Assembly (NCBI GenBank): GCA_043228905.1
Contig: JBHGNT010000014.1
Coordinates: 17,422,001-17,486,000, forward strand
Direction of reading: 5' to 3'
From: Azolla caroliniana
Lineage: Eukaryota > Plantae > Polypodiophyta
Length of the DNA: 64,000 bases
Positions 59,900 to 64,000 of this stretch are shown here, in pieces; position 1 is the stretch's first letter, and each line of letters opens with the position of its first letter. Both the position numbers and the translations under genes were made by a program. The notes below the pieces were generated by a model that worked only from the letters and a program-made list of their open reading frames with translations, had not been told where the DNA came from and did not search any database.

Positions 59900-61067
59900 T
59901 GTTATTTCTAATTGTCAGGGTTGCCGGCATAATTGGAATCTGTAAAACCTTCAACTTTGGTCAGCTTGTCTGATCCAGAAGTCAATTGAAAATCTTCAAT
60001 GTTGCGTAGGTATTGGAATATATTCTTTATAAGTTCCTAGTGCTTCCGTCCAGGATTTGACATGTACTGGTTGGAGACACCAATGGCGTAGGCAAGGTCT
60101 AGTTGGGTCTCCACCCTCGCATACATGAGACTTCCTACGGTCAATGAGTAGGGTATTCAACTCATGAGGAATTTCTCCTCATTTGTGAATGGAATGACGT
60201 TAGAAGTGGTGTCGGTGTTAGCTTCACATGCTCCATGTTGAACCGCTTCAACACCCTCTAGATGTAGTCAGATTGGGAGAGCTGGAGGATCTTATTCGGT
60301 TGATTTCGCTCTATCCCCATGTCAAGATATGTCAGGCTTCTCCAAGTTCCTTCATTGAGAATTTATCATGAAGGCTCCACTTCAGCTTTCGGATTTCTAC
60401 TATATCGTTGTCGGTGATAAGCATGTTGTTGACATGAGAATCAAGTAGATCCAAGACTCATCGACCAATTGTCGGAAATACATACAAGGGTCGGAGTCCG
60501 ACCGGATGTATCCAAGCTACCGGATATGGGTATTGCAATTCTAATACCACATCCTCGGCACTTGTTTCACACCATAAAGGCTCTTCTTTAGTCGGCATAC
60601 GAGGTGACCTTCCTCCCCCATCGTCGTAAAGCCTGCCAGTTGAGACATGTAAATGTCCTCTTCTAGATCTCTGTGGAGGAATGCCATCTTTACGTCCAAC
60701 TCCTCCAGCTCAAGGTCTTTTGTTGCTATGGCTCCTAGTAGGAGTCGAAGGGTCGTTATTTTGACTACTAGAGAAAATAACTCGTCGTAGTTGACATCAT
60801 GTTCCTGTTTCAACCCTTTTGCGACAAGCCAAACTATTTTTTTGGGTTTTTCCGAACCAGATACATATTTGTATCTGTACACCCACTTGCAGGGCAACGG
60901 CTTCCTCTAGTTGGCAATTCGACTTGCTCCCATGTATCATTCTCTCTGATGGAGTCCATCTCGAATCTCATAGCTTGTAGCCATGTGTCGGCGTCCGGCG
61001 TAGCTATTGCTTCCTCATAGGAGCTTGGTATGCCTCTGTCCGTGTAGTTGACGTAGTCTAGGCCCAA
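59900..61067 (-). pseudogene. Degenerate copia reverse transcriptase fragment
   Basis: PSSYEEA..WLQAMRFEMDSIRENDTW, CKWVYR..LVAKG..YDELFS..LDVKMAFLH..LKKSLYG.KQ.PRMWY. Confidence 0.9.
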
Positions 61068-61169
61068 CGTATAAAATTATGTCAGCCTTCGGACGCATCC
61101 TACGCTTATATAAAATCTTATAATGCATAGACAATTCAACGGGGGTTACATCTCTATAACCCATAATAC

Positions 61170-61750
61170 GTTTTCCCTTTTTATTTCCCAAAAATTTAGC
61201 TCATGCATGTGATTTTTCTTGTCTTTGGAGAAATTGTTGATTAACTTTTCAGATTCTTCTCTTTCTTTGAATAAGTCTTTTTTATTCCTGCAAATGATTT
61301 TGTTAATTTTCTTTATCCTTGACTACATTGAAAATCATAGGGCACTTTCAAGCTTCATGGCATTCTTTATCAAACTATTATTTCTTTCAACTACATTTCT
61401 TGATGCATTTCCAAGATGTGTGCTTGGTCAAAAAGCCTATGTTTGTGTATTAAAAAATGACTTCCTTGAAAGCTTCCCATTTGCATTCTAGTGTGGCACC
61501 ATGTTGTATCTTTGTCATTTGTAACATATCCTCAATTATCTTAGAATGGAATACATGGGTGCTTGCTTAAGATCCATACCCAATTGCGCATGTTTATTAT
61601 CTTCAATGACGTTCTTATAATCAAACCTATTCATATGCTTTAGGTCAATACATGACGTCATATGATCGGATTTCGGTGTCCATTCACCAAGTGAGAATTT
61701 GTTATATGCAATCCTAAATACCTTTGAAAAGTAGCACATAATCAATCATA
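61170..61750 (-). pseudogene. Degenerate LINE ORF2 fragment (end of the endonuclease plus linker)
   Basis: WTPKSDH (APE-type SDH motif), KWEAFKEVI and *FDKECHEA*K (a WFDxEC motif) in the expected order, with many stops. Confidence 0.5.
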
Positions 61751-64000
61751 CTACTTTCATTGTGAGTGAGTGAGAGAGAGAGAGAGAGCAGTGTTCGTCT
61801 CCTCCGAACGTTCTCCTCCTCGAAGCGTTCGCCCATTGGAACCTTCCCCTCACCTCGGTCCTTGAGCGCTAATTATATAAAGGGGAGTCACATGCTACAT
61901 CAATTCAAACCTTTCTCTTCTACTTTTAATTGTTTCTCTCATCTCTTCTCTTTTCTAGAAAGAGTTATGAGTGGGCAATACAATTCCTTTACAAATTATT
62001 GAATGCAGATTTATGTCATTGTCCCCAATTCAATGGATAATACATTTCTTTTACTATATATGCATGTAGGGGTTTTATGTTGGTCTTCATCATCCTTCCT
62101 AACTAAGCTACATTAGTATGAGAAAATTCTCTGTGTTTATGATTTTTAGAGTGTTTGCTAGTTGGATGTGAGAGGTTGAATGTTTGTGTACGCCATCATC
62201 CCCAACTAAGTTGACAAATCAAGCTCTTTTACTGAATTAATGGGGGGACTTGATGTAGGTTTTTATCATCATTGGCATGGGAGCTACATCACTTTGGACC
62301 ATTTATGTTCCCCTCTTTCTCTCTCTAACATTGTTTTGGACAATAAGATAGATGGTAAGGTCAAGTTTTGTGTCTCGAGTTCAATACAGTGATTTGGCAT
62401 GTTTCCTAGGAAATTTGATTTATGGTGTAACAATTTAGAAAAATATGTGAAAGTCAAGACCTTATCTTATTAGACTAATAGCACACAATTACAAGAGAAG
62501 AATTGAGGTATATTGTGTATATACAATGTTTAGACCGTATAGAATGCAATGTGAAGAATGAAGGGATATGGTGGAAGTTGTTGAGGAAATAAGAGGGATG
62601 AGTGTGTTGAGGAATTCCCCGTTGGGTTTTTTGGCAAGTTTAACATATACAAGTGGCATGCAAGACAAGGGCAAAGTAAATGAAGGGAAGTTTAACATAT
62701 GTATGTATGTTGGACAGGGGTGATGTGGACTCCCCACGAAAATTGAAGGCTGACGTGGAAAACTATGTACTTCTTTCTACATCAATCAATCAAAATCAAA
62801 TGAGAACTCTCAAGCACACATTTATAAGGTCACACTAAAACAAAACAAACCAATTAATAACAATAACGAAGAGAATTTATTTCTCTTTGCTATTACCATT
62901 ATTATATATACTCTTCTGTGGTCTCAACCCCCATATCTAGCTATATATATATCTTTGATAACTAGCTAGCTAGCCTTTATCTTATCCACTAATTGGATTT
63001 CTATTAGTAGTAAAATTATCATGGTTCCCTCTTGCCCTAACAATTGTCCCCAACCAATTCTTCCTCTTAAATATCATCTCTCAGCTTCCCCCACTATTAA
63101 TCTCTACAATGATCATAATTTTCTAGCTCCTTATCATCATATTTTCATTATTACTATTACCTTTATTTCCTTGGTTAACGATATAGAAGCTCGACTTGAA
63201 GGAGTACCACCTATAATAAGTAGCTTCTCTCCCTCCTCTGTGTGCAATGCTCCCCGCCTTTTATCATAGCACATTTGAGTTTGTTTTCCACACTGTCTCC
63301 TCACATTTGTGCAACACTCCACCTTTGATCTCGCCTTACATTTGTCTCAAAGTAGTGAGTGATGTGCACCTTGAATTGAAATTATTATCATGTTACAAGT
63401 CCTGAACATGGAGAGTCATTAAACTCTACACAATATTACACTCAACTCCACACATTATATAGTAGGGGAAAATGTAGTAGTGAGTGATCTTGCAAAGGTC
63501 AAATGTGATCTCCAAGGATGATAATAAATCTATTTCTCTCTCATATACATACATATATACTTCTCTGGTAATCATTTTAAGACCGAAATCCTTGCAAAAA
63601 TTACATTATTATTTGATTTTTTCAAAATTATTGTCTATGCTTAGTATTGTTTTTTTCTTTCTACTTTTTACATGATTATACTAAGAATTAACATCAATTT
63701 GGCATTTTGGTGGTTCTTTTCTTTCAGGGTATTTGCATGGTTATTTAATACTCTCTCCAACTACTTATTCACAATGTGATCAAGTATATAAAATCTCTTC
63801 TTCTCGCATGTCCATGAGTGTGCCACCTCGCTTCAATACAATAATAATAAGAAGAAAGCAAAGTAGAAGAAGAAGATCAAGGAGTTTTGAACAAAAGGAT
63901 ATCATAATTACATTTTCAAGAGCACAATGGCAACTCCTCATGATGATGAGAAAGTCCAAGTTTAGAGGTAAGATCCTAATATTGAAAACTTAAGGTCGTG

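Noticed and set aside
62900-64000. Possible small host gene or miRNA precursor (ORFs 63021-63269 and 63733-63993, TATA-like motif near 62940)
   Set aside because: No recognisable domain, consistent splice model or convincing hairpin; needs RNA evidence.

Overview
Eukaryotic (land-plant-like, probably non-seed plant by inference) repeat-dense DNA made almost entirely of nested transposable elements; no host gene can be called with confidence. Main structure: a TIR DNA transposon ('element A', 9229-38141, TIR AACACCGGG...CCCGGTGTT, 4-bp TSD TAGT). It carries a Sola-like DDD transposase on the minus strand and, head-to-head with it, a spliced plus-strand gene with a ParB/Srx-like domain and a bacterial-type beta-class N6-adenine/N4-cytosine DNA methyltransferase domain. 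Nested in A are a hAT-type MITE, an RT-deleted Ty1/copia, and a second Sola2-like transposon ('element B'). B carries RING-finger and FCP1/HAD-like cargo and repeat-filled introns, and itself contains an intact, very recent Ty3/gypsy. A sits in the LTR of an older copia, which appears to sit in an older, diverged copy of A (8534-8896 plus 45200-48661). The first 16 kb is a near-perfect 7924-bp tandem amplification. The gypsy family (five insertions) has 4-bp CpG-centred target sites (ACGY), a tRNA-Trp PBS and a probable -1 gag/pol frameshift. All domain calls come from motifs read by eye; no database search was run.
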